Counted from the stretch's first letter, positions 19,154 to 32,144 are shown. The stretch is DNA of 64,000 nt from an uncultured Chloroflexia bacterium (GCA_963774265.1 CAVZDU010000002.1:128001-192000); one strand, 5' to 3'. The notes: generated from the sequence alone by a model not told the origin. A program made the numbers and translations.

Positions 19154-21026
19154 ATGAAACGCTTGACCCCCGTGCCGAGTGATCTGGATATCGCGGCAGG
19201 CAGCCGAACTGAGACCCATCCTCGAGGTTGCCCAAGATCTGGGCTTGACCATCGACGACCTGGAGCTCTTCGGTAAGTACAAGGCTAAGGTCCATCTCGA
19301 CGTCCGCGAGAAATTCGCCGACCGGCCGCAAGGTAAATACATCGACGTCACCGCCATCACTCCCACACCGTTGGGGGAGGGCAAAACAACAACGACCGTA
19401 GGCCTGACACAGGGACTCGGCGTGCTGGGCAAGAAGTCGGTGCTCTGCATTCGGCAGCCATCGCAAGGCCCGACCTTTGGCATTAAGGGCGGCGCGGCGG
19501 GCGGCGGCTATTCGCAGGTGATCCCCATGGAGGACTTCAACCTGCACCTGACCGGAGACATTCACGCCATTACCGCCGCGCACGATCTCATCGCGGCGGC
19601 TATCGATGCGCGCATGTTACACGAGACCGATGTTGACCCGCAGGTCATGTTCGACCGGCTGTGCCCGCCTGACAAGACCGGCAAGCGCGCCTTCGCGCCC
19701 ACCATGCTTCGCCGTCTCAAAAAACTAGGAATTGAGAAGACCGATCCCGCAGCTTTGACCCCCGAAGAGCGTGCCCGCTTCGCAATGCTCGATATCGACC
19801 CGGCCACAATCACCTGGAATCGCGTCATCGATATCAGCGACCGCTTCCTGCGCAAGATCGAGGTCGGCCTCGGGCCCGAGGAAAAGGGCAAAACGCGCAT
19901 CACGGGCTTTGACATCACCGTTGCATCCGAGATAATGGCGATCCTGGCACTGACCACCGACCTGGCAGACCTGCGCGAGCGAATTGGCCGCTGCGTCATC
20001 GGCACCAGCAAGTCGGGCGAGGCTGTTAGTGTAGAAGACCTGGGCGTGGCTGGTGCTGCCACCGTCCTGATGAAGGACGCGATCATGCCCAACCTGATGC
20101 AGACACTCGAAGGGCAACCGGCCTTCGTTCATGCAGGCCCCTTTGCCAACATCGCGCACGGCAACTCCTCCATTGTCGCCGATCAGATCGCGCTCAAGCT
20201 GGCCGATTACGTCATTACCGAGTCGGGCTTCGGGGCAGACATGGGCATGGAGAAGTTCATGGACATTAAGTGCCGCTACTCCGGACTCATCCCCAACTGC
20301 GTGGTGCTAGTTGCTACAGTGCGCGCCCTTAAGATGCATGGCGGCGGTCCCAAGGTCGTCGCGGGCAAGCCGCTTGATTTCGCCTACACCAGCGAGAATC
20401 TCCCGCTGCTCGATAAGGGCATCGCGAACCTGAAGGCGCACATCGAGAACATCAAGCGGCACAACGTGCCGGTCGTGGTGGCTATCAACCAGTTCAAGGA
20501 CGACACTCCGGCCGAGATCGCGCTGATCCGTGAGCGGGCTATTGCTGCTGGCGCTGAAGACGCGGTGCTTTGCGGCCACTGGGCGCATGGTGGCGATGGC
20601 GCCGTCGACCTGGCCAGGGCAGTCATGGTCGCGTGCGAGAAACCCGTTGACTTCCAGTTCCTCTATCCCCTGGACTGGAGCATTAAGGCCAAGATCGAGA
20701 AGATTGCCAAGGATATCTATGGCGCTGGCAGCGTAAGCTACACGCCGGAAGCCGAGGCGAAAATTGAGCTTTACACCCGCTTAGGGTTCGACAAGCTGCC
20801 GATCTGCATGGCGAAAACGCATCTCAGCCTGACGCACGATCCCAGCCTTAAGGGCCGGCCGACGGGGTACGTCTTCCCCGTTCGAGATGTTCGTGCAAGT
20901 GCTGGCGCCGGATTCCTCTATCCTTTGTGCGGAGAGATGCGGACCATGCCGGGTCTGCCGACTCGACCAGTGTTCTACGACGTCGACCTGGACCTGGAAA
21001 CAAATCGGGTCGTGGGGCTATTCTAG
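19154..21026 (+). CDS. fhs: Formate--tetrahydrofolate ligase (one apparent +1 frameshift near 19195)
   Basis: [14 protein letters not shown] from ATG 19154 joins QAAELRPI in the adjacent frame; [42 protein letters not shown]. Confidence 0.93.
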
Positions 21027-21048
21027 ACTCTTAGTCCCCGATTAGCAG

Positions 21049-21079
21049 CGTGCCAGACGTCTGCATGGCGTCTGGCACG
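21049..21079 (+). terminator. Hairpin downstream of fhs
   Basis: CGTGCCAGACG...CGTCTGGCACG, 11-bp perfect stem. Confidence 0.55.
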
Positions 21080-21133
21080 TTCGCGTCATAAACCCGAATC
21101 GTCCAGCGTTTGTCCGGGCCGGCCGTGCGTCAT

Positions 21134-21162
21134 TTGTCAACGAGTGGCGGATGCGCTATACT
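21134..21162 (+). promoter_or_regulatory. Sigma70-type promoter of the FmdB-family gene
   Basis: TTGTCA-17 bp-TATACT. Confidence 0.6.
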
Positions 21163-21235
21163 ACTTATAGGCCTCCGAAGGGCGAAAGTCTTCGGAGGTT
21201 TAGGCGTTTATTGGAAGGTTGCGCGAGGGTTTGCG

Positions 21236-21556
21236 ATGCCCACATATGTTTACGAATGCAAAGACTGCGGCGTCAGATTCGAACGGCTGCAGTCATATAG
21301 CGATCCATCACTCAAAGACTGCCCTGAATGCGGAGGGCATGTGCACCGTGTTATTCAGCCGGTGGGCGTCATCTTTAAGGGATCCGGCTTCTATGTGACA
21401 GACAACAAGGGAAAGTCCTCGACGGGCATCCCTGCAGGCAAGAAAGAAGACAGCACAAGCGCCGCGCCAGCCACGACCAGTACTGAAACAAAAACGGAGA
21501 GCTCCACGAGCACGCCACCTGCGAGCAGACGCGCCGGTGCCCGCAAAAAAAGATAG
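21236..21556 (+). CDS. FmdB family zinc-ribbon protein
   Basis: MPTYVYECKDCG..FE..Q......CPECGG...FKGSGFYVTD with a low-complexity tail. Confidence 0.92.
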   Translation: MPTYVYECKDCGVRFERLQSYSDPSLKDCPECGGHVHRVIQPVGVIFKGSGFYVTDNKGKSSTGIPAGKKEDSTSAAPATTSTETKTESSTSTPPASRRAGARKKR

Positions 21557-21574
21557 CTAACTCGAAAGACACAA

Positions 21575-21619
21575 GACACGGAGGGCGCTGGATGAAGATA
21601 TCTCAGCGCCCTCCGTGTC
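21575..21619. repeat. Intergenic palindrome (GACACGGAG family)
   Basis: 16-bp perfect stem GACACGGAGGGCGCTG/CAGCGCCCTCCGTGTC. Confidence 0.75.
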
Positions 21620-21637
21620 CTAACACAGCCCCTCACT

Positions 21638-23669
<2,032 letters not shown>

Positions 23670-23744
23670 TCGAAGCTGGTGAAACGTGGAGGCTGCTTGA
23701 ACTGCCGTGCAACAGAGGGCGGGAAACCGGGCGCTCGAGAAGGC

Positions 23745-24542
23745 ATGCTGTTTCTGCTGATTCTCTTTCTCATTCAGCTCCCCGCTTGCAGCGCCGGGCC
23801 GACGGTAACGCCCATGCCGGAGCGCCTGCGTATCGCCGGATCCACCAGCATGTCCCCTGCTCTTCGTGAACTGGCTGCCGCGTTCCAGGCGAAAAACCCG
23901 AACGTGCTTCTCGAGGTGCGGGGCGGCGGATCCACTGTCGGGTGGGATGATCTGCGCGCCGATCGAGTAGAGATGGCCGCGCTGTCGTGGTGGTATAACG
24001 GGCGGACCGCACCCTTGGGCTACCGGCTGACACCGGTCGGCCGCGATGCGGTAGCTGTGATCGTCCACGGCCAAAACCCAATCAGCAACGCAACCACCCT
24101 GCAGTTGCGCGCGCTCTTTGCTGGGGAGGTTCTCGAGTGGTCAGCGCTGGGCGGCATGGCCGGCGAGCCGGCCATCGTGAGCCGCGAGGATGGTTCCGGA
24201 ACACGAGCGGCGTTTGAAGCTCAGATTATGGGCGGACAACGGGTGACACTCAATGCCCTGGTCATGCCCACGACGGAAGCAATGGTGGACTACGTGGCAA
24301 CGCATCGGCTGGCCGTGGGCTACGTCACAACAAACGCCGCAGATGACCGGGTGAAGATCGTACCGGTGGAAGGGTTGCTCCCTTCGACCGAGGCTGTGCG
24401 CGCAGGCACTTACTATTTGACGCGAGTGCTTTACCTGGCGGTGCGTGAACCTCCCTCGCCAGCGGCTCAGGCTTTGTTAGATTTCGCGCGCGATCCGCTG
24501 GGACAATTAATCATCGGGAAACATCACGCGCCGATCCAATGA
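23745..24542 (+). CDS. PstS-like phosphate-binding lipoprotein
   Basis: LPAC lipobox, IAGSTS, GGGS..G, SREDGSGTR..F, Y.L.R.LY; start uncertain; no ABC permeases adjacent. Confidence 0.8.
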   Translation: MLFLLILFLIQLPACSAGPTVTPMPERLRIAGSTSMSPALRELAAAFQAKNPNVLLEVRGGGSTVGWDDLRADRVEMAALSWWYNGRTAPLGYRLTPVGRDAVAVIVHGQNPISNATTLQLRALFAGEVLEWSALGGMAGEPAIVSREDGSGTRAAFEAQIMGGQRVTLNALVMPTTEAMVDYVATHRLAVGYVTTNAADDRVKIVPVEGLLPSTEAVRAGTYYLTRVLYLAVREPPSPAAQALLDFARDPLGQLIIGKHHAPIQ

Positions 24543-24559
24543 AGGGTCAGGCGCAGAAC

Positions 24560-24650
24560 TTGACCCCCAGGCAACCTTATGCTATCCTGTGATCATTAGC
24601 TTCAGGCACTCTTCTGCGGAAAGTCGGGACCCCCCCGGCTTTCTTTGTTG
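24560..24650 (+). promoter_or_regulatory. nusA operon promoter and leader terminator hairpin (rimP-leader-like)
   Basis: TTGACC-17 bp-TATCCT with extended TG; hairpin GAAAGTCGGG-ACCCC-CCCGGCTTTC followed by TTTGTTGT. Confidence 0.65.
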
Positions 24651-24716
24651 TAAGGGAGCAGAGAAGTAAGGGCCGGCTGTGCGCCGGGTGGCATCTTGCA
24701 GGAGTTATCAAAGGAA

Positions 24717-26484
24717 ATGAGCAAAGAGCTGATCATGGCTGTAAACCAGATTTGCGCGGAGAAGGAATTGCCGCGTGATGTGATCCTGGGAGCCATCGAA
24801 GAAGCATTGGTGCACGCGTATCGGCGCAATTATGCAAACACGACGGCGAACGTGCTGGTGACAATCGACCCGATCTCGGGGGATTTGCGCATCGCGTGCG
24901 AGAAAACAATCGTGGACGAAGTGCGCGACCCGGCCGTGGAGATTACTCTGCCCGACGCCGCGCAAGATCGATAAGACGGTTGAGTTGGGCGGGACCGTAT
25001 TCGATCAGCGCGAGCCGAATGATTTCGGCCGTATCGCAGCGCAGACGGCGAAGCAGGTGATCTTGCAGCGAATCCACGAAGCGGAACGTGATCAGCTGTA
25101 TGACTTCTATAAGCAGCGCGAGGGGGAGCTGATCAACGGCCAGGTGCAGTCGATAGATTACCGTTCCAATGCGGTGACTGTGACGCTGAGCAAAAAGGCT
25201 GAAGGTCAGATCGCTGCAGAGGATCAGTTGCCCAACGACCGGTATCGCGTGGGGATGAACGTGCGCACGCTGCTGGCCGAGGTCAATAAGGGGACACGCG
25301 GACCACAAATGCGGCTGTCTCGCACTCATCGCAACATGCTGCGCCGGCTGCTGGAACGGGAAATCCCGGAGATCTATAGCGGGACGGTGGAGATCAAGAG
25401 CATCGCGCGCGAGCCGGGCCAACGCTCGAAGGTAGCGGTTTCGGCAAGCCAGCCCGGGGTGGATCCGGTGGGCTCGTGCGTAGGCCTGCGCGGGACGCGC
25501 ATCCAGAATATCGTGGATGAGCTGAACGGGGAAAAGATCGACGTGGTGGAGTGGTCGGCGGATGTGCGCAGCTTTATCAGCAATGCGCTGAGTCCGGCGA
25601 AACCAACGGACACGGTGCTGATTGAAGAGGGTGAAATCCGCACGGCGATCGTGGTGGTGCCCGATCGTCAACTTTCACTGGCCATCGGGAAGGAAGGCCA
25701 AAATGCACGGCTGGCAGCCAAGCTGACGGGCTGGCGCATCGATATCAAGAGCGAGACTGAGGCCGCGACCGAAGGCCTGGCTGAGATTAAGCGTCAGCAG
25801 ATGCAGATGATCAGGGCCCGCACCCTGCACGATAAAGCGGCAGCTCTGCCCGCGACGGATGATTTGTTGAGCCGGGCGGAGTGGCTGTTGCGTGAACGGG
25901 ATAAGACGCAGGCAACGCTGGAGACAGCGGCGCGGCTGTTGGCCGACGCGGATCAAAACCGGACAGAGCTACCCATCATCGAAGCTTCGCAAGAGGGCCT
26001 CGCACAGAAGGACGAAGCTGCACCTACGTCCCCCAGGGCGACTACGCCAGCGGAAGCGGCGGCCGCGCAAGGGGTTGTCCGTCCGCCCGAAGACAAGGAA
26101 GGGGTGCTTGCTGCCGAGGACCACGGGCCGACTCCACCAGTGGTGGAGAGTCCTGAGTCGACGACTGAAGCTGCAACTGCAGTAGTTACGCCAGTGGCGG
26201 CGCCCGTTGAAGCCACGCCCACCGTCGCCCCGCAAACCGAGCAGGATGAAAAGGCCGGCGAGCCCAAGACAATGGGTGAGGCCGATGTGCAGGTATATGC
26301 GGACGCCGAGTTTGTCGACGAAGACGGCGAAGAGGTAGTTGAGGGCGACAAGAAGCCGGCGAAAAAGGGCAAGAAGACCGCTAAGAAACGCGAGCTGGTC
26401 TTCGATGAGAATCTCGGCCAGGTGGTGGCGCGGCGGAAACGTAAGCCGGGTCGCGGCGGCTGGGGCGATCTGGGAGACTACTAG
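24717..26484 (+). CDS. nusA: Transcription termination factor NusA (apparent frameshift near 24960)
   Basis: N-terminus [16 protein letters not shown] in ORF 24696-24974; [25 protein letters not shown] and [23 protein letters not shown] in ORF 24985-26484. Confidence 0.95.
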
Positions 26485-26490
26485 ACCGCC

Positions 26491-26889
26491 ATGCCCAAAC
26501 CCAAGGGCCCTCGGCCAAAACACACACCGCAGCGGACCTGTGTGGTTTGCAGGTCGGAGCGCCCGAAGCGGGAGTTAGTGCGCATCGTGAGGTTGCCGGC
26601 GTCCCAGGGGGATGGTTCCCAATCCCAAAGGGAGGCTCCGCACATTCCAGGGGGAGACTCCGCACGAGCCCACGGGGAGGCTGCGCACACAATCCAGGTA
26701 GATTCAACCGGCAAGGTAGCTGGTCGCGGCGCCTACTTGTGCAAGACCGGTTCATGCTGGGACAACGCAGCGTTGACGCACAAGCTCAACGCTGCGTTGA
26801 AGATGACATTGACCGCCGAGGATCTGACGACGCTGCAGGCTTATCGAGCGACGCTGGCGGATGAAGGAAAACTGAAGGTTCTTCTTTAG
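26491..26889 (+). CDS. ylxR: YlxR/RnpM family RNA-binding protein with an internal insertion
   Basis: PQRTCVVCR...PKRELVRIV...DSTGK..GRGAYLC; canonical position after nusA. Confidence 0.9.
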   Translation: MPKPKGPRPKHTPQRTCVVCRSERPKRELVRIVRLPASQGDGSQSQREAPHIPGGDSARAHGEAAHTIQVDSTGKVAGRGAYLCKTGSCWDNAALTHKLNAALKMTLTAEDLTTLQAYRATLADEGKLKVLL

Positions 26890-26926
26890 TCTGCAACCTT
26901 CAGTTCAAGGTGACCAGGAGATTTTG

Positions 26927-27004
26927 ATGGTTGCGGCCACGCGACCGCTAACTCATATAAGACGGGCGCAGGACACGGGCGTCGCGAGGATGGGCTTATG
27001 GTAG
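26927..27004 (+). CDS. Putative 25-aa uORF in the infB leader
   Basis: AGGAG RBS 6 nt before the ATG; MVAATRPLTHIRRAQDTGVARMGLW*. Confidence 0.35.
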   Translation: MVAATRPLTHIRRAQDTGVARMGLW

Positions 27005-27166
27005 GTTGATTCCCGCCGGCCCTCCCCTCCGTTTTCCTCAGTCCTGCCTCGTTGTTTGACCGAGATACTTTACCGGCCGGTCTTCAGGCCTGGTCTTCGT
27101 TGCCAGTCGCCTGCGACCGCGGTCGCTGCCTACGGGCTGGCTTGCCGGCACAGGAGGATAAACACG

Positions 27167-29813
27167 ATGGCAAACGACAATCCCATAACCGAGCAGGCCA
27201 ACCCAGGCTCGAATGACCGCTCCGACTCCGCGCAAGCGACAGATGACGCAACACCCGAGGAGCGCGTGCCCCGGACTCAACGCGCCGATATTACGGCCCC
27301 AGATCCATCCCACGCGGAGCGTGCACAATCTGGCGCCTCGGCGAACCGACCTGTCCAGGGTGCACCCCGCAACGATGCTGCGCGCCAGCCAAAGACGCCG
27401 TCAATTGCGAAGCCCGCGACCCCGGCACGGCCCGGCGTCAACTCCGGCGGACAGCGGTCCAGTCAGCCCGCCGGAGGCGCTAGCGGTGAGCAGCAGGGCG
27501 ATGCCAATGAGGTATTCAATCAGCGCGTGTTCGATCCGACCTCCGAGGATACGGTCGTGCCACGCGGGCGTCCATCCCCAGGCGCCGGCGGTCGACCCAT
27601 GGCCGGTGGACCACGACCGGGAGAGCGAAGTGGCGGGCAGCGTCCCGCGGGTTCCGGTGGTTTCGGCGGCTCCTCCCAGGGACGCGGACCGGCGCAGGGC
27701 CGGCCCGGGGGCGGCGGCCCAGATCGACCGCAGGGAGCGTTTGGTCCAACAGGGCGGCCTGGCGGCCAGTCGGGCCAACGAAGTCCTGTGGGTGGCACGG
27801 GACCAACAGAGCAACGCCGCCCCAACAGTGGAGGCGGCGCGCCCTCTCAAGGCGGTTTTCAAGGCAAGTCCGGTGCGAGCGGGCAGAAAAGGACTCAGTC
27901 CACAGGACGGCCTGGCGGCCAATCTGGGGGACGCTCGCGGACAGCGGGCGGCTCGCGCAGTGCGGGCACGGATCGGTTGGCGCCACCGCCACTGACCAGC
28001 GCCGCGCGGCCGTCCGCAACTGGCACAGCCGCCGCGGTGACCGAAATCATCATCCCGGAGATGATCACGGTGCGCGACCTGGCTGATAAGATGCACAAAA
28101 GCCCGATCGAGATCATCAAAACCCTGATGAACTACGGCATGATGATTCCGATCACCGAGTCGATCGATTTCGACACGGCAGCGCTCATCGGCGAAGAATT
28201 GGGGATCACGGTCAATCCTGAGCGTGCCCCCGAGCCTGAGATCGTTGCGGAGCCGGTAGAGGCACCTAAGACGCTGCGACAGCGCATCATGGCCCAACAA
28301 AAGGGCGAAGACCTCGAGATCCGGCCACCGGTTGTGGTCGTGCTCGGTCACGTGGACCACGGCAAGACGACCTTGTTGGATGCGATCCGCGAGGCACGCG
28401 TCGTGGAAGGCGAAGCCGGGGGCATCACCCAGCACATCGGCGCGTACCAGGTTGAGATCAACGGCCGGAAGATCACTTTCCTCGACACGCCCGGCCATGA
28501 AGCCTTCACTGCCATGCGCGCCCGCGGCGCCATGGTCACCGATATTGCCATCCTGGTGGTTGCGGCTGACGACGGCGTGATGCCCCAGACCAAGGAGGCC
28601 ATCGCGCACGTGAAGGCGGCGCAGGTGCCCATCATTGTGGCCATGAACAAGGTGGATAAGGCCCAGGCGAACCCTGACCGCGTCAAGCAGGAGTTGGCTG
28701 ACAACGGCGTGCTCATTGAGGAGTACGGCGGTGACGTGATGTGTGTGCCCGTATCGGCAAAGTTCCGCCGGGGCATCGGCGATTTACTGGAAAGCATCCT
28801 CCTGGCCGCAGATATCGACCCGCAAATGGCGAACCCGAAGGGCGACTGCGTCGGCACAGTAATCGAAAGCCGGTTGGATAAAACGCGCGGCCCGATGGCC
28901 ACGTTGCTGGTTCAGAATGGCACTTTGCACGTTACCGACAGTATCGTAAGCGGCGAAACTTACGCGAAAAATCCGCGCCATGTACGATGACACTGGTGAG
29001 CCGATCACCGAAGCCAGCCCGTCGAAGCCCGTTCAGATCCTGGGCTTCTCGGACGTGCCCGTAGCGGGTGAAACCTTCAAGGTTGTGGCGGACGACCGCA
29101 CGGCGCGCGGCCTGGCATCCGAACGGGTGGATGCCAAACGAGCGGCGGCCGGTCCGGCGCCTGTTCGCACGCTTGAAAGCATCTTCGCTGCGGCCGAAGC
29201 CGGCCAGGTGAAGGAGCTCAACCTGATCCTGAAAGCCGACGTGCAGGGGTCCATCGAGCCGATCGTCAACTCGTTGGATAAACTAAGCACCGATAAGCTC
29301 AAGGTAAAGATCCTGCACCAAGGGACGGGCAATATCACTGAATCAGACGTGATGCTGGCCATCGCGTCACACGCCATCATCTTGGGCTTCTCTGTGACCG
29401 CCGACAATGCGGCGCAGCGCATGGCTGAGGCTGACGGGATCGACATCCGAATCTACAACATCATCTACAACATCATTGAGGATGTGCAGAAGGCACTCAC
29501 CGGCCTGCTCGAGCCGGTCTACAAAGAAGTGGTGACCGGTCATGCTGAAATTCGCGCGGTTTTCAAAGTCTCTAAGGTAGGCACGGTGGCCGGATGTTAC
29601 ATCACGGATGGTGAAATCTTCCGCAACGCACCGGTACGTGTGAAACGGGGCGGTGAGATCGTCGCAGAGGATAAGATCGCTGCATTGAAACGATTCCAGG
29701 AGGACGTCGCCGAAGTCAAAACAGGCTTTGAGTGCGGCATCCATCTCCACAACTACCACAACTTCGAGGTGGGCGACATCCTGGAGAGCTACAAGAAGGA
29801 ACGGGTGCTCTAA
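27167..29813 (+). CDS. infB: Translation initiation factor IF-2 (apparent frameshift in A-run near 28968)
   Basis: RBS AGGAGG; Gly/Pro/Arg-rich N-terminus; [21 protein letters not shown]; C-terminal half (KADVQGS, GFECG) continues in ORF 28980-29813. Confidence 0.96.
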
Positions 29814-30220
29814 TGACGTCTCGCCGGCAAGAGCGTGTTGCCGAGGTGTTACTTGAGGAACTGGGTCTCCTCATTTCAAGCGAACTGACCGATCCACGGC
29901 TCGAGGACGCCATGGTGACGGTCACGGACGTGCAGGTGTCGCCGGATCTAGGCAACGTGCGGGTTTATGTCCAACATGCGTTGCCCGATGCGCAGTCGCG
30001 TCATGTGTTGAGCGCACTTCAGCACTCTGCGTCCTTTTTGCGGCACGCATTGGTGGAGAACCTCCACCTGCGCGTCGTGCCTGAGTTGCATTTCTCTGTG
30101 GATACAACGGAGAGGCGAGCGCAGCACATCGACGAAATTCTGGATCAGATCGCTGCGGAACGCGGGAGCACGGCACCTGAGGGCGGGGAACGCGAGGAGG
30201 CTTCGCACGAGACGCGGTAA
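29813..30220 (+). CDS. rbfA: Ribosome-binding factor A
   Basis: RRQERVAE, DPRL...VTVTDV.VSPDL, LR.VPEL.F..D. Confidence 0.93.
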   Translation: MTSRRQERVAEVLLEELGLLISSELTDPRLEDAMVTVTDVQVSPDLGNVRVYVQHALPDAQSRHVLSALQHSASFLRHALVENLHLRVVPELHFSVDTTERRAQHIDEILDQIAAERGSTAPEGGEREEASHETR

Positions 30221-30224
30221 CACG

Positions 30225-31234
30225 GTGACGCGCGGACAGCAGGGCCACGCCGCCAGAGGCGCGACGCCTGGTGATCTTGTTGGACCCATCCTTGGGGCCA
30301 ATTGGATCCTGGCGATTTGCCATGTCAATCCTGATGGCGATGCAATAGGTGCGCTGCTTGGGCTGGGGTATGTTTTGGATGCTCTGCCTGGGCAGCGCGA
30401 GATCGTGCTCGCGTGCCAAGATGCGATACCGGAGGCGCTCCGTTTTCTCCCGGGGGCGGAGCGCGTTGTGACCGACCTGCCCTCGGCCTTCCGGCCTGAC
30501 GTTGTCATTTCGCTGGATGCGAGTGATCCCGCCAGACTGGGGAAGATCTTCGCTGATCTGCCGTTCACCCCGACCCTTCTTGTTGTTATTGACCACCACG
30601 TCACCAATCTCAATTTCGGCGACCTCAATTATGTGGCGCCGGAAGTGGCTTCGACCTCCCAATTGATCGTCCGCCTTGCGGATGCGCTGGGTGTCGCCCT
30701 GCCCCCGGCCGCGGCGACTCCGTTGCTCGTGGGCCTGGTCACGGATACGCTAGGGTTTCGCACGAGCAATGTCACGGCAGCCGAATTGCAGTGTGCGGAA
30801 CGGCTGATGGAGGCAGGGGCCGATCTGGCTGACATCAGCCAGCGCACACTGGCGACCCGGCCGTTGAAGTTCATGCGGCTGTGGGGGGTGGCGTTCGGCG
30901 GAGCGCGAGGCTGGATGGCGCGGTGCTGTGGGCAGAGGTGACGAAGGAGATGCGGCTGGCGGCGGGGATTGAGGACGACGACGATGGTGGACTGGTGAGC
31001 CAACTCATCCCTGCGGCCGAGGCTCGCGTAGCAGCGGTCTTCAACGAACTGTCTGACGGTCGGATCGAGGTGGACTTCCGCGCCCGGCCCGGGTACGATG
31101 TGGCCGCGGTGGCGTTGAGCCTGGGGGGAGGCGGGCATCCTCAGGCGTCTGGTTGTACGATGCCTGGACCGATGACTGATGTGCGGGCGCGCGTGCTTCC
31201 GCTGCTGCAAAGGGCCAGCAGGGGCGTACGCTGA
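30225..31234 (+). CDS. nrnA: DHH/DHHA1 nanoRNase/pAp phosphatase (apparent frameshift near 30906)
   Basis: HVNPDGDAIG, IDHH and GLVTDT.GF in the first frame; GGGGHPQASG in the second. Confidence 0.9.
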
Positions 31235-31244
31235 AGATTCATAG

Positions 31245-32144
31245 ATGGATACGAGCGTGGATGGCATCCTAAATATCGACAAACCGCAAGGCTGGACTTC
31301 ACACGATGTGGTAGCCTGGATTCGGAGCGTGTTGAAGATCAAGCGCGTAGGACATGCGGGGACGCTGGATCCGCTGGCCACCGGTGTACTGTTGGTGTGT
31401 GTCGGCCAAGCAACGCGCGTAAGCGAATACCTCATGGCGTCGGATAAGGTGTATCAGGCGAAAATCCAACTCGGTACGACGACCGATACGTATGATGTGG
31501 ATGGTGAGGTTGTGGCAACGCACCCGCTACCCCAAGGACTGGAACAGGGTGATCTGGAGACGGTTCTGGAAGGATTCGTCGGCGACATTATGCAGGCGCC
31601 CCCCGCGTACTCAGCCATCAAACAGGACGGCGTGGCGCTCCACCGTCGGGTGCGACGAGGGGAAGATGTGCGACCGACCACGCGGCCGGTAAGAATCCAC
31701 AGCATCGAGTTGATTGACTGGTCGTCGCCTTATCTTTCTGTGGCTGTCACCTGCGATCCGGGCACTTATATCCGCAGTCTCGCCCACGACCTGGGGCAGC
31801 AACTCGGATGTGGTGGAACGTTGGCCGGGCTGCGCCGGACCCGTAGTGGGCGCTTCCTGGCGGAAGACGCATTGAGCCCGCAGGGCGTGGCCGAGGCAAC
31901 CCGCGCCGGGGAGCTCAGCCGGCATCTGCATCCCATCAGTATGGCGCTGTCTCGACTGACGCCTGTCTCGGTCGGGGACGATGAAATTCGCAGGCTTCGC
32001 AATGGTCAACCCATTCCAGGGGATGCACCGAATACTGATCGGGGGGGCTATGCGCTGGAAAGCAATAGCGCAGTCGTGGCAATCCTCCGATTTGATGTCG
32101 AAAAGAACGAATGGTGGCCGGAGAAGGTGTTCGCAGGCGAATAG
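31245..32144 (+). CDS. truB: tRNA pseudouridine(55) synthase
   Basis: DKPQGWTSHDVV, GHAGTLDPLATGVL, PPAYSAIK, GTYIRSL. Confidence 0.96.
   Translation: MDTSVDGILNIDKPQGWTSHDVVAWIRSVLKIKRVGHAGTLDPLATGVLLVCVGQATRVSEYLMASDKVYQAKIQLGTTTDTYDVDGEVVATHPLPQGLEQGDLETVLEGFVGDIMQAPPAYSAIKQDGVALHRRVRRGEDVRPTTRPVRIHSIELIDWSSPYLSVAVTCDPGTYIRSLAHDLGQQLGCGGTLAGLRRTRSGRFLAEDALSPQGVAEATRAGELSRHLHPISMALSRLTPVSVGDDEIRRLRNGQPIPGDAPNTDRGGYALESNSAVVAILRFDVEKNEWWPEKVFAGE

Noticed and set aside
27401-28609. Long antisense ORFs (also 60542-61420, 50300-51121, 9345-10148 and others)
   Set aside because: Shadow ORFs opposite well-supported genes in high-GC DNA, with no recognisable motifs.
28960-28990. Programmed frameshift or split infB (also nusA, tyrS)
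   Set aside because: Only a short A-run with no canonical slippery heptamer or stimulator; one of many similar indels, so an error is more likely.
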